In this document: positions 28,023-37,305 of the stretch, piece after piece
Numbering within the stretch: position 1 is the first letter of the stretch
Layout: each line of letters starts with the position of its first letter
Sequence record: OK322699.1
Direction: 5' to 3' (one strand)
Origin: Escherichia phage Sa157lw
Length of the DNA: 64,000 nt
Program-made: the position numbers and the translations under genes
Notes under the pieces: model-generated
Databases searched by the model: none
The model's input: only the letters and a program-made list of their open reading frames with translations
Told to the model about the DNA's origin: nothing

Positions 28023-28146
28023 GAGCCGTTTTAGGGAGTCGAACCCAAATGCTTGGCCAGCGCTGACCTTACATCCCATCTGACTTAGGCAACCCACCTC
28101 TGCTTACTCAGGAGCTTATCCCCTTTGGACAGTCAGATATAACGGC
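28021..28146 (-). ncRNA. tRNA-like 3' module (CCA, acceptor, T-arm) whose only matching 5' acceptor strand is ~120 nt away
   Basis: tgg-a-gccgttt-taggg-agtcgaa-cccaa at 28021-28048; complementary aacggc only at 28141-28146. Confidence 0.25.
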
Positions 28147-28148
28147 TT

Positions 28149-28217
28149 TGGGATTGGAGGAAGGACTCGAACCTTCTCATGTACGCTCCTGATTTCTCAG
28201 AAGTAGCCTGCTCCCAT
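28149..28217 (-). tRNA. short tRNA-like element (about 69 nt with CCA), anticodon arm atypical
   Basis: CCA-discriminator-acceptor attggag, T-arm gaagg-actcgaa-ccttc, 5' strand atgggag (one mismatch); central ctga-gaaa-tcag hairpin has a 4-nt loop. Confidence 0.3.
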
Positions 28218-28434
28218 CGACCTATTAAGTACACGCTCCGCTCATTGTTCGGCGGGAGCTTATTAATCACACCCTCCCGCCTATTGTTAGTGCGCCGAAT
28301 TTTGTTATGAGGAATCGGAAGACCTCACTGGTGTATGGCTATTAAGCTACTGCCAGGAACGTGTTATCATTAGCGATTATTTTTGTGGTCAGTTTCTAAA
28401 AACCCGCAAAGTCACGCACAACGAAAACGAAAAC

Positions 28435-28499
28435 CTGTTTGAGTCCTAAACCTACCTGTCTTGGTCTCACATCGCTATGAGTGGCCAGGACTCAAACAG
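28435..28499. repeat. perfect 13-bp inverted repeat (28435-28447 / 28487-28499) around a 39-nt spacer
   Basis: ctgtttgagtcct vs aggactcaaacag. Confidence 0.8.
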
Positions 28500-29289
28500 C
28501 TTGCCGTTCAGTGAGTTAACTATACTTTGTAACCCGTTATTGATAAAACCTTTTATTTTTGTTGACGAGGGTGTGGAATCGAACCACACTTCTGAGCGCT
28601 GCCCCGTGTCACCAATGCACCACCTCACCATCGATTTGCCGGAACTTACGCATCCGGCCTCGCCTGTTGGTGATCCTTCGAATCCGGGAAGATTAGTAGG
28701 AACTATGAATCAAGTTAATTCGACCAACAGGAATCCTCGTGTTGCCCTTTGACGCAACATTATGAACCCTCTATGAAGACTCATAATGTTGTCGGCGTGA
28801 TGGAGATTAGCGCCCCCGACCTCCCCTTATATGTTGGTGTCGACTTGCCAACGGGGTGCTCTCATTCTTCTGAGCTAATCACGCTACAACAGGGAGTTTC
28901 GTTCTCCGACGGTCAAGTGCGTCCACTGACACCAGCGAGGTGGATGTGACGCCTCTATTCACACAAGCCCCAGAGACTAGGGGTTCACTGTTTTCGGTTT
29001 CAAGCCTACTCACACTGTGCTGTTTCCCTCATGTTTGATACTTTACTGCAAGCCAGCCAATTTGAAAAATCCTCTCCCCTTTGAATTACACTGCCCACAG
29101 CAGTGCGGACGAACCTTCATTCAAAACCGGATGCGCCGAAATGGGCGACTGTGTACCGGACTGATCAGGTCGACCCAGGAGAGAGCAGGTAATCCCGATC
29201 AGGAGGATGAGGAGTAACATCATGTAAAACATAGTGTTCCCTCCCTTCCATGCAACTAACTTTACCGCATTTATTTATTGAATAAAGCG

Positions 29290-29859
29290 TTATTTTATCA
29301 ATTCTAACTTCACAACGCGGCGCAGAAGATAAACATATTCACCAGACGCTTCATGCGACATATAATGTGTAGAAGGGGTGGAATGGTTGTTCTGGGTTTC
29401 TTTTAACCCAACGCGTTCAGCCCAACCATTAATGGAGTTCCCGTAAAACCCGATAATCGCGCCGAAATAAATGCGCTGGCTTTCTGGTTCTAAAATATAG
29501 TTGACAGTGAAGCAGATGTCAGAACGAATAGATTCTAATTTTATACCAACCCGACCTTCAGAGAATTCGTTGCGAACATACAAATGACGAAAACGATCGC
29601 GCCGCGCTTGTGATGACTCTTCCAATTCTTGGCGAAGTGAGGATGTTGCATCGATATTAAATGAAAATGTCGGGTTTTGTAGATCGGTACGGGCTAACTC
29701 TAATGCTGATTCAACAACACGGCGGTAATTAATATTTTTGCCAGTCAGACGTTTCACTTCTTCTGTAATTGTTCCGAAAGGAATTTTTGTAGCACGTTCC
29801 CCTTCGTATTTTGCTAACAAAGGAATGATGTGTTTCATTATTGCTGTATTAATGTGCAT
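29290..29859 (-). CDS. hypothetical protein (189 aa)
   Basis: Intact minus-strand ORF at the edge of the non-coding region, divergent from the structural module. Confidence 0.45.
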   Translation of the reverse strand: MHINTAIMKHIIPLLAKYEGERATKIPFGTITEEVKRLTGKNINYRRVVESALELARTDLQNPTFSFNIDATSSLRQELEESSQARRDRFRHLYVRNEFSEGRVGIKLESIRSDICFTVNYILEPESQRIYFGAIIGFYGNSINGWAERVGLKETQNNHSTPSTHYMSHEASGEYVYLLRRVVKLELIK

Positions 29860-30222
29860 TTCCTGAGCCTCGTCAAATTAATTAAATGTCCCCACTATTA
29901 TATTGGGAATATGTTTATTGAATATAACCCCAAGAAAGGCCAATAAAATAATGACAGCGATTATTAATAGGTAAAAACTACTTTTCTACAACATCAAGAA
30001 ACTGTATCTTAACGCGGTGCCCTTCGAGTTGTGAGTGTTAACGAACAACGAGAAGCAGCCTCCATGGCTGCGGAATGGGACTGCCTGTCAAGGCGGTGTT
30101 ACGAGCGAGGGCGTCAGCCCCCTCGCGAGTATATTCGAATAAATTAACGCGCGAGAGCGTTTTGATTCCCTTTGGCTAAATATCTTCAACACCATATTCA
30201 AACTCAGGTGATGGAGATTATC

Positions 30223-32004
30223 ATGGCCACGCAAACAGTTCCTTCACTCGACGTCAGAGCCTTTGAGTACATTATCAAACAGCGAATGAAAGCTGATCCC
30301 ACCTTTAAAGATTATGACTTTGAAGGTTCTGGTCTTAGTGCTATTATTCGTTTGTTGGCATCTGATGCGAACGCCATAGCCTTTATGCAGAACATGCTTA
30401 ATGGTGAAGGCCATTTAAAAACAGCAAATCAACGTTCTAATGTTGGTTTGTCTGCTGCTTTTCTTTCTTATACCCCCGACAACTATCGGGCGGCATACAT
30501 GTATGCCAACATCAAAGTAACGCCGTATGACGCCAGTACAGCTCCTAATGAGATCATTATGGACCGCCGTGTGATGTTCGTTGGGGCGAAGGATGGGAGT
30601 TCCTACAACTTTACTGTTGAAAAACCCGTGTCCGCCACGTTGACAACAGACGGTTATTACATGTTCAACAACGTGAAACTGATTCAGGGTAACTGGTTGT
30701 ACAAGACATATGATGTTGAAGGAAGCGCGATTTCGACTTATACGATACCTTCGGAAAATGTTGATATCAATCATCTGGTCGTACAGGTACAGGAATCAGA
30801 GTCCTCTGATGTTTCAACGACATACCAGAGATACAACAGTCCGTTCGACCTGAATCAATATGCATATCTCTATTTTGTGGAATTAGGGATAGATGGCCTG
30901 TATGTGTTTGAGTTCGGAGATGGTTATCTGTCTCGCCGAGTAGAAGATGGCAACGTTATTTTCCTCCAGTATTTAGAAACTTCTGGTGCTGAAGGTAATG
31001 ACATCACTAGTTTATCTTCCGCATCTTCGATAGGCGGGTTTAACCAGGTTGATATAGAATTGGTTTCCGAACGCAGTGCGGGTGGGGGAGATCCGGAATC
31101 TATTGAAGATACGAAGCGTCTGGCACCTTTGGCTTATCAGGCTGATGGCGCTGCCGTTACGGAAACCGATTACGGTGTTTTAACTGAACGCTTGTTTTCT
31201 AACGTTGCCCGTGCTAAATCATATGGGGGTGATACGCTTTCCCCTCCGGATTCTGGTTACGTTTATATCGCTGTGATACCATCTGTTGGGGAGACTCTTT
31301 CAGACGCAGAGAAGGCTGATATCGTTGCCGCGTTGGACAAATACAACGTTGGGTCCATCACCCCCAAAGTGGTAGATTCTGAGATCACATATATCCAAGT
31401 CACCACGACTATATTTTGGGATCCGACTTCGACAGTTTATGTTGAAGAACAGATGAAAGTCGTAGTTGGCAACAGTATTGTCAAATGGGGCGAAAACAAT
31501 CTCGGTGGATTTGATCAGTTGTTCGACAAAGAGATATTGCAGGAAGCAATTACGAAAATGGAACGTTCCATTAACTCAAATATCACGTCTGTCGGTTATA
31601 AACGTCATTTCAAACCCGATTATGGTGTGTTGGATAGCTTTACTTTCAGTTATGGGAGAAGCATTAAACCTGGTTCTGTGAAAATAACAGGGTTTAAACC
31701 GCTTCCGGCCGAAGTTGATTTCACATATTATATGCGCGATGACAATGGCGATTTGAACATGTATAAAGTGAACAACAACGACACCACTAAAGAATTTTTG
31801 GTTCAAAAGACTGGTGTTGTGGATTACGCCAACGGCGTCGTAGATCTTCAGCAGATTACGGTTTCAAACTATAATACTGAAGGAGTAACGATCGTTGTGC
31901 TACCAGATGGCCTGAATCAGAATATACAGGCTTCACAAAACCAGGTATTCAAAATCGGTGATGTGGTTGTTACGCCAGAGGTGCGCTATGTCCAAAGATC
32001 TTAA
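30223..32004 (+). CDS. baseplate wedge protein, T4 gp6-like
   Basis: N-terminal DYDFEGSGLSAIIRLLASDAN matches T4 gp6 LDYDFEGSRLNVLCDLLAYN; start placed at ATG 30223 (GGAG RBS) inside ORF-track ORF 30172-32004. Confidence 0.75.
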   Translation: MATQTVPSLDVRAFEYIIKQRMKADPTFKDYDFEGSGLSAIIRLLASDANAIAFMQNMLNGEGHLKTANQRSNVGLSAAFLSYTPDNYRAAYMYANIKVTPYDASTAPNEIIMDRRVMFVGAKDGSSYNFTVEKPVSATLTTDGYYMFNNVKLIQGNWLYKTYDVEGSAISTYTIPSENVDINHLVVQVQESESSDVSTTYQRYNSPFDLNQYAYLYFVELGIDGLYVFEFGDGYLSRRVEDGNVIFLQYLETSGAEGNDITSLSSASSIGGFNQVDIELVSERSAGGGDPESIEDTKRLAPLAYQADGAAVTETDYGVLTERLFSNVARAKSYGGDTLSPPDSGYVYIAVIPSVGETLSDAEKADIVAALDKYNVGSITPKVVDSEITYIQVTTTIFWDPTSTVYVEEQMKVVVGNSIVKWGENNLGGFDQLFDKEILQEAITKMERSINSNITSVGYKRHFKPDYGVLDSFTFSYGRSIKPGSVKITGFKPLPAEVDFTYYMRDDNGDLNMYKVNNNDTTKEFLVQKTGVVDYANGVVDLQQITVSNYNTEGVTIVVLPDGLNQNIQASQNQVFKIGDVVVTPEVRYVQRS

Positions 32005-32842
32005 TAATGGTCACAATGGGGTTAAGTATGAAACCCCGTTGTTTTACCAAAACGATTTTCCTCTGTTCATCGAGTTCATGGACACGTTCTTTAATTGGCT
32101 GTATCGGCAGCAGGGCTTCACTCAAGAAGAAATTTTGGCATATCTGGCAGACACTTCGAGTTGGATGAATCCTGAGAGTGAAGATTCACCTGTTAAACAA
32201 CTCATAGATTTAAAGGCCGACAAAACGCCAGGTTCTGAAGCCAAAGATTATTTGTCAGATAAATTTTTGGTCAGAACATTTGAGAACATGATGGCTCTTG
32301 ATGCCGAGATGCTGCTAGACGCTGATGGAAGGCCGTTGCTTTCTATTGAAGACAAGAACAAGCAGATAGACGACTGGTATAATGATTTTGGGTTTCAACG
32401 AACTGTCGATAAATCATTTCAAGAATTTGGACATTTTATTCCAGTCGGTTCGGATTCTTTATTGACGGCCACGGGCGATACGTTCTCTGTTTATATTGAA
32501 GGAACTAAACGAAGAACTCTGGATCATCCGCGTTGGCTGAAATTGTTGAAACACATCTATAAAATACGTGGAACAAAGAAAGCGATTGAATTGTTCTTTT
32601 GGATATATTTCGGTTGTCCAGTCAGCGTCTATTTTACGAAAGAAGACATAGGCGGACTGGACGGAAATTTTGAATGTGACGGCACGACAGGGATGCGTGA
32701 TGATTACTATTATGATGAATACACTTATGTTATAGGAGTCCCAGGCGACGTATCTGATTTTGAAGGTGTGTTTGAGCGCGTCTTCCGTCAGCATTTCCAT
32801 CCTGCTGGATTTACTGTATTCCTAGAAAGCACAAGGAGCTAA
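31988..32842 (+). CDS. putative baseplate/tail structural protein (284 aa)
   Basis: Follows gp6-like gene with overlapping start (AGGT RBS); structural role inferred from position only. Confidence 0.45.
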   Translation: MSKDLNNGHNGVKYETPLFYQNDFPLFIEFMDTFFNWLYRQQGFTQEEILAYLADTSSWMNPESEDSPVKQLIDLKADKTPGSEAKDYLSDKFLVRTFENMMALDAEMLLDADGRPLLSIEDKNKQIDDWYNDFGFQRTVDKSFQEFGHFIPVGSDSLLTATGDTFSVYIEGTKRRTLDHPRWLKLLKHIYKIRGTKKAIELFFWIYFGCPVSVYFTKEDIGGLDGNFECDGTTGMRDDYYYDEYTYVIGVPGDVSDFEGVFERVFRQHFHPAGFTVFLESTRS

Positions 32843-32844
32843 AA

Positions 32845-34035
32845 ATGGCCGATTTCCTGAGTCAATATACAGGTCAGCAGATAGATCAGATATTGGGTTC
32901 TGTTGACGACAAAGTAAGTAAAAACGACGTCATTGATGATTTTGAAGTCAGTGACCCATTGTTTCCGCCTTCTGCTCGCCTGACTTATGAGTTGAAAAGG
33001 TCTGTGGATACGATTAATGATACCCTGACCAACAAAGTTATAAGAACGGATAGTGGCGAACAGACAATCAACGGTAAGAAGACATTTAATGCGCTGTTGG
33101 TTACTAACGGGGGAATCCAAGTCCCCACTGGGAAATCTGTTTCAATCGCGGACGAACCAACCAACTCAACAGACGGTGTCAACCTGAGTATGTTGAGGAA
33201 ACATGGTGTCAGTGAAGACACCGCGCCAGATGGGTCTGGTTTGGCTGGGGAATTATTGACTTCCGGATATTACAAATTCAAACTGGATTTTAACAGATTG
33301 GCTGCGTATACGGAATTAACTCTCCCAACATCAGTTCCCGTGCAAACAGATTCTGGAGTTCGCACATGGTCAATGACTGCATTTTTTAATGCGTTATTTG
33401 CCGACAACCGTTTTAACGGTTATGTAACGACGACCACGTATGATGCCGACATGTTGAGTCTGGAGTCTCAGCTTAACAATATCAACACGACGTTGAACGG
33501 CAAAGTCAACACGTCAACTTACAACACAAAAATGGCTTCGTTGGATTTGAGTATATCCAACATTAACACATCTTTGAGCAACAAGGTTGAGGTCAGCACA
33601 TATAATACGAAGATGACTTCCTTGGACGGCAGTATCAGTTCTCTTACGACTGGTAAGGTCGATGTATCAACGTATAATGCCAAAATGGCCACAATTGATA
33701 ACAGTTTGGGGAACGCTGTTTATCGCACCAAAACAAACTTGTCATCACTGACGGTATCGGCTTCTGGAACAACAGCTCTGCCAGACTTTGATTTGGTGAA
33801 ACTTTGCCAGATATTGGTAACAGCACAATGGGGTACAGGAGATGTCGTAGACACATATCGAGTCACCATAACTCGAGATGGGACGATTAAGTCTGAGCTG
33901 CTGATCCAGAAAAGTACGAGCGGAACTGTGACGTTTACGGGTTCTGTAGTTGGTGGGAAACTGAGGATTTCTGTTGTCAATGCCAATACGACAACACCTT
34001 GCTCAGTCGATTATTCTATTACAGCATCTTTCTAA
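32845..34035 (+). CDS. tail fiber protein with internal ~20-aa tandem repeats
   Basis: Repeats V(N/S)TSTYNTKM(A/T)SLD.SIS..; Ser/Thr/Asn-rich fibrous composition. Confidence 0.6.
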   Translation: MADFLSQYTGQQIDQILGSVDDKVSKNDVIDDFEVSDPLFPPSARLTYELKRSVDTINDTLTNKVIRTDSGEQTINGKKTFNALLVTNGGIQVPTGKSVSIADEPTNSTDGVNLSMLRKHGVSEDTAPDGSGLAGELLTSGYYKFKLDFNRLAAYTELTLPTSVPVQTDSGVRTWSMTAFFNALFADNRFNGYVTTTTYDADMLSLESQLNNINTTLNGKVNTSTYNTKMASLDLSISNINTSLSNKVEVSTYNTKMTSLDGSISSLTTGKVDVSTYNAKMATIDNSLGNAVYRTKTNLSSLTVSASGTTALPDFDLVKLCQILVTAQWGTGDVVDTYRVTITRDGTIKSELLIQKSTSGTVTFTGSVVGGKLRISVVNANTTTPCSVDYSITASF

Positions 34036-34037
34036 AA

Positions 34038-34044
34038 CTAAATA
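34038..34044 (+). promoter_or_regulatory. CTAAATA late-promoter-like motif upstream of first tailspike gene
   Basis: The heptamer recurs 20-45 nt upstream of at least eight structural-gene starts; resembles T4 late promoter TATAAATA. Confidence 0.3.
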
Positions 34045-34077
34045 CCCCTAGATGACATGAATACATTTAGGGGTATT
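34041..34077 (+). repeat. 10-bp-stem hairpin (aataccccta / taggggtatt) at gene junction before first tailspike
   Basis: Perfect complement; variant of the element before the second and third tailspike genes. Confidence 0.6.
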
Positions 34078-34081
34078 ACAA

Positions 34082-37000
34082 ATGGCCAACAAACCAACAC
34101 AGCCTCTTTTCCCTTTGGGTTTAGAAACTTCGGAGTCTTCGAACATAAAAGGCTTCAACAACTCCGGCACCATAGAGCATTCCCCTGGTGCAATATTGAC
34201 GTTCCCTGAAGATACTGATGTTGCGGGTCTCCCATCTTCTGTGCGTTACAATCCTGATAGTGATGAATTCGAAGGTTATTACGAAAATGGCGGGTGGTTG
34301 TCTTTGGGTGGTGGCGGAATACGCTGGGAAACGCTCCCATACGCTCCCTCCAGCAATCTGTTAGAAGGGCGCGGCTATCTCATTAATAACTCCACTGGGA
34401 CTTCTACGGTGGTTCTTCCTTCCCCTACGCGCGTTGGTGACTCGGTTACAATTTGTGATGCCTATGGTAAATTCGCGACGTATCCATTGACCGTATCTCC
34501 AGCGGGAAATAACCTGTACGGCTCCACCGAAGATATGACGATATCCACCGATAACGTGTCGGCGACTTTCACTTGGTCTGGTGCTGAGCAGGGTTGGGTT
34601 GTTACATCTGGTGTTGGCCTCGGTCAAGGTCGTGTGTACAGTCGAGAGATTTTCACTCAAATTTTAGCATCTGATACAAATGAAGTGACTCTCAACATCC
34701 CTCCGACAATTGTGGACGTGTACACTGATGGGAAACGCCTTACAGAATCCAAATATTCTTTAAATGGAAACGTAATCACTTTCGACCCTTCTTTACCTGC
34801 TGGCACTGAATTGCAGGTAATAGAATATACTCCGATTCAGTTAGGTACTGGCGGCGGGGGTTCGGGCGCTTCTGCAATCACCTGGATTTACAATGGCGGA
34901 TCCGCTATCGGCGGCGAAACCGAAATAACGCTAGACATCGTTGTAGATGATGTTCCGGCTATTGATATAAACGGGTCTCGTCAGTACAAAAATCTTGGAT
35001 TCACGTTCGACCCATTGACGAGTAAAATCACTCTGACGCAAGAACTGGAACCAGAAGATGAAGTTGTTGTGGTTATAAATGGGACACCAAACATTTATAA
35101 CCAGATCGATCGTTCTTTACAGGAAGTTGCTCGCGCCTACAATTTTACAAATGCTCAAGTTATTTTGAGCAACGATTATACTTCTGCACTGGATAATAAA
35201 GTCGTTATTTATGATACGACATCCCAACGTTCTTGGGGGATTCCATCTGGAATTCCAGCAGGTTCTACAGTGGTTTCCGTCAATGGGGATCAACTGAAAT
35301 ACAAAAATGGATCAACTGAAACCACTGTTACATTGGTGAGCGTACCAGGTAGTGCAGAGAAGTTGAAGAACGATCTGGCGTCGAACTCTGGCGCGGGCAT
35401 GTTGAAAACTTCTAGAGGTGATACCGTAGAAGAAGAATTGACTTTTATTAATCAGAATATGGTCGTTCAAATTTCAGATTTCGCGAGCCTTAGAACTTTA
35501 GTGCCAGCCACAGCGGGCATCCGAGTCAAATTGAAAGGTTATTATTCTGGTTCTGAAATCGGTGGCGGAGAATTCATTTCCGTCGCTGGTGATGCTGTTG
35601 ATGATGCTGGGATGATTGCTCGAGTGTCAAGCAGCTTTTATTGGAAGAGAATTATCGACAAACATATTACTCCTGGTATGTATGGCATCAAAGGGAATCT
35701 TCCAGAAGATCCGGCAGTGAAACTGAACGCTATGTTTACGGCTGCGGCTGCGGCTAACGCTTATGTCTTACTGAACGATGTTGATACTCTGGTCTGTAAA
35801 AGCCCTGTCGTGATCCCAGCACATTCATTAGTGTACGGCAACAAACGGACCATATTGAAACGTGATGCATCGTTGTCATATGCTAATGATTTCTTGACAA
35901 TTATGAATGATTCATATGTCAAGGGGATCTATGTTGATGGTAGCCGTTTAGATTCTCAGACTCCTCTAGAAGCAGTTTTGGTGCGCATCGCTGGGAATGT
36001 GACTATCCATAAGAGCGAGATCCGAAACAATGCTGGCTATGGCGTTGTTGGTAACGCAGTCCCTGGCATTCGTATCACCAAGAACATTTTTTCCAACTTC
36101 GCCAAAGGTTGTGTGGCTATGTTTGGCGACGGAACGGCGACGAGTGATGATCTGCAAATTAATGATAACAGATTCTTTAACCTGGGCGCGGGAACCATTT
36201 ATGTTGGCGGTTACTCAAACTTCCTTGTCGACAAAAACGTCGGAAGAGGCACTTACGTGGGTTCTCCAGGAAACCGTCTGTATGTTGTGACCAATACCAA
36301 CGGGACTATCACCCAAAGCGCTGGGCCAGATTTTGGGGCGCTGAAAACGGGTATGTTCTTTGTATTGCCTGGTGGTTCTGAACATATGATAACTGCTGTC
36401 AACAGCCTTACAAGTGTGACAGTAACCCCACCACCGCCGTCGAACGCCACAGTTCGTGCAATCGCAGGGACAGGGGATCTTCTGGGCATCCAATCATGCT
36501 CCTACGGCACCATCAGCCGTAACAACCTGACCGATTGTGTGACTTACGGAACTGGTGGAGGCACGATGGAGGGGAGCACTCTGGGTTGCAATTATGTCAC
36601 TTGGGAAGACAACTTCATCCGCAACACAGGTAAGAACGGAATCAACGTCGGGCAATCAGGTGCTGGGGTCGCCACGTGTTCTATCCTGAGGAACACTCTG
36701 ATACAGGTTGGTAACGGCGGTCAGGGTGTTGGCCCAGCGTATCTTCTGCCTTGGTTCGATACGGTAGGTATCGCTCTGTATCAGGGAAACCCAGGTTATA
36801 TGGCGAATATGGACGTCAGTGATAACAACGTCTCTACATGGTCTGGCGATCTGAATGACGGCGCTGCTTGGTTTGGTATGAGCGGTTGTACGGAAGCCAC
36901 TGTGACTTGTACAGGCAACAAATCTTCTGGTTATTCCGACGGCTATGTTCGTGGAGATATATTAGAAGTCACGTTGACAGGTTATGGTACAGGGGCGGCT

Positions 37001-37255
37001 GCGACTTCATTCGTTAGTGATGGTGAGTCTATACAGATAACCGTTCAAACAGGTACTTCACCAACAGCTTCTCCTTATTTTTCAGTGCGGAAGGCGATCC
37101 GCACCCGCCATCAACCGATGATAACGGCGCAGATCGTCACCACAACTGGGAACATGTCTCATTGTTGGGGTATGCAATCTAGTACAGCAGGAAACTGGAT
37201 GGTGGGTCAGAATACAACTCCTTCAGGGGTCACGACGTATTACGCAAAAGGGTAA
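34082..37255 (+). CDS. tailspike protein 1 (1057 aa; beta-helix-like repeats)
   Basis: First of four tandem large genes; N-terminal module resembles that of 39518-42283; periodic Gly/Asn/Thr-rich repeats suggestive of a right-handed beta-helix. Confidence 0.7.
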   Translation: MANKPTQPLFPLGLETSESSNIKGFNNSGTIEHSPGAILTFPEDTDVAGLPSSVRYNPDSDEFEGYYENGGWLSLGGGGIRWETLPYAPSSNLLEGRGYLINNSTGTSTVVLPSPTRVGDSVTICDAYGKFATYPLTVSPAGNNLYGSTEDMTISTDNVSATFTWSGAEQGWVVTSGVGLGQGRVYSREIFTQILASDTNEVTLNIPPTIVDVYTDGKRLTESKYSLNGNVITFDPSLPAGTELQVIEYTPIQLGTGGGGSGASAITWIYNGGSAIGGETEITLDIVVDDVPAIDINGSRQYKNLGFTFDPLTSKITLTQELEPEDEVVVVINGTPNIYNQIDRSLQEVARAYNFTNAQVILSNDYTSALDNKVVIYDTTSQRSWGIPSGIPAGSTVVSVNGDQLKYKNGSTETTVTLVSVPGSAEKLKNDLASNSGAGMLKTSRGDTVEEELTFINQNMVVQISDFASLRTLVPATAGIRVKLKGYYSGSEIGGGEFISVAGDAVDDAGMIARVSSSFYWKRIIDKHITPGMYGIKGNLPEDPAVKLNAMFTAAAAANAYVLLNDVDTLVCKSPVVIPAHSLVYGNKRTILKRDASLSYANDFLTIMNDSYVKGIYVDGSRLDSQTPLEAVLVRIAGNVTIHKSEIRNNAGYGVVGNAVPGIRITKNIFSNFAKGCVAMFGDGTATSDDLQINDNRFFNLGAGTIYVGGYSNFLVDKNVGRGTYVGSPGNRLYVVTNTNGTITQSAGPDFGALKTGMFFVLPGGSEHMITAVNSLTSVTVTPPPPSNATVRAIAGTGDLLGIQSCSYGTISRNNLTDCVTYGTGGGTMEGSTLGCNYVTWEDNFIRNTGKNGINVGQSGAGVATCSILRNTLIQVGNGGQGVGPAYLLPWFDTVGIALYQGNPGYMANMDVSDNNVSTWSGDLNDGAAWFGMSGCTEATVTCTGNKSSGYSDGYVRGDILEVTLTGYGTGAAATSFVSDGESIQITVQTGTSPTASPYFSVRKAIRTRHQPMITAQIVTTTGNMSHCWGMQSSTAGNWMVGQNTTPSGVTTYYAKG

Positions 37256-37265
37256 TATTGAATGC

Positions 37266-37272
37266 CTAAATA
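37266..37272 (+). promoter_or_regulatory. CTAAATA late-promoter-like motif
   Basis: Same heptamer, 34 nt upstream of ATG 37306. Confidence 0.3.
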
Positions 37273-37302
37273 CCCCATATTGGACATCCTTTATGGGGTA
37301 TT
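37269..37302 (+). repeat. 10-bp-stem hairpin (aataccccat / atggggtatt) immediately before tailspike 2 start
   Basis: Identical stem to the element at 39479-39512. Confidence 0.65.
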
Positions 37303-37305
37303 ATC

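Noticed and set aside
26721-29289. Possible CRISPR array, given the many repeats
   Set aside because: The repeats are inverted pairs with different sequences, not a direct repeat regularly spaced by unique spacers, and no cas genes are present.
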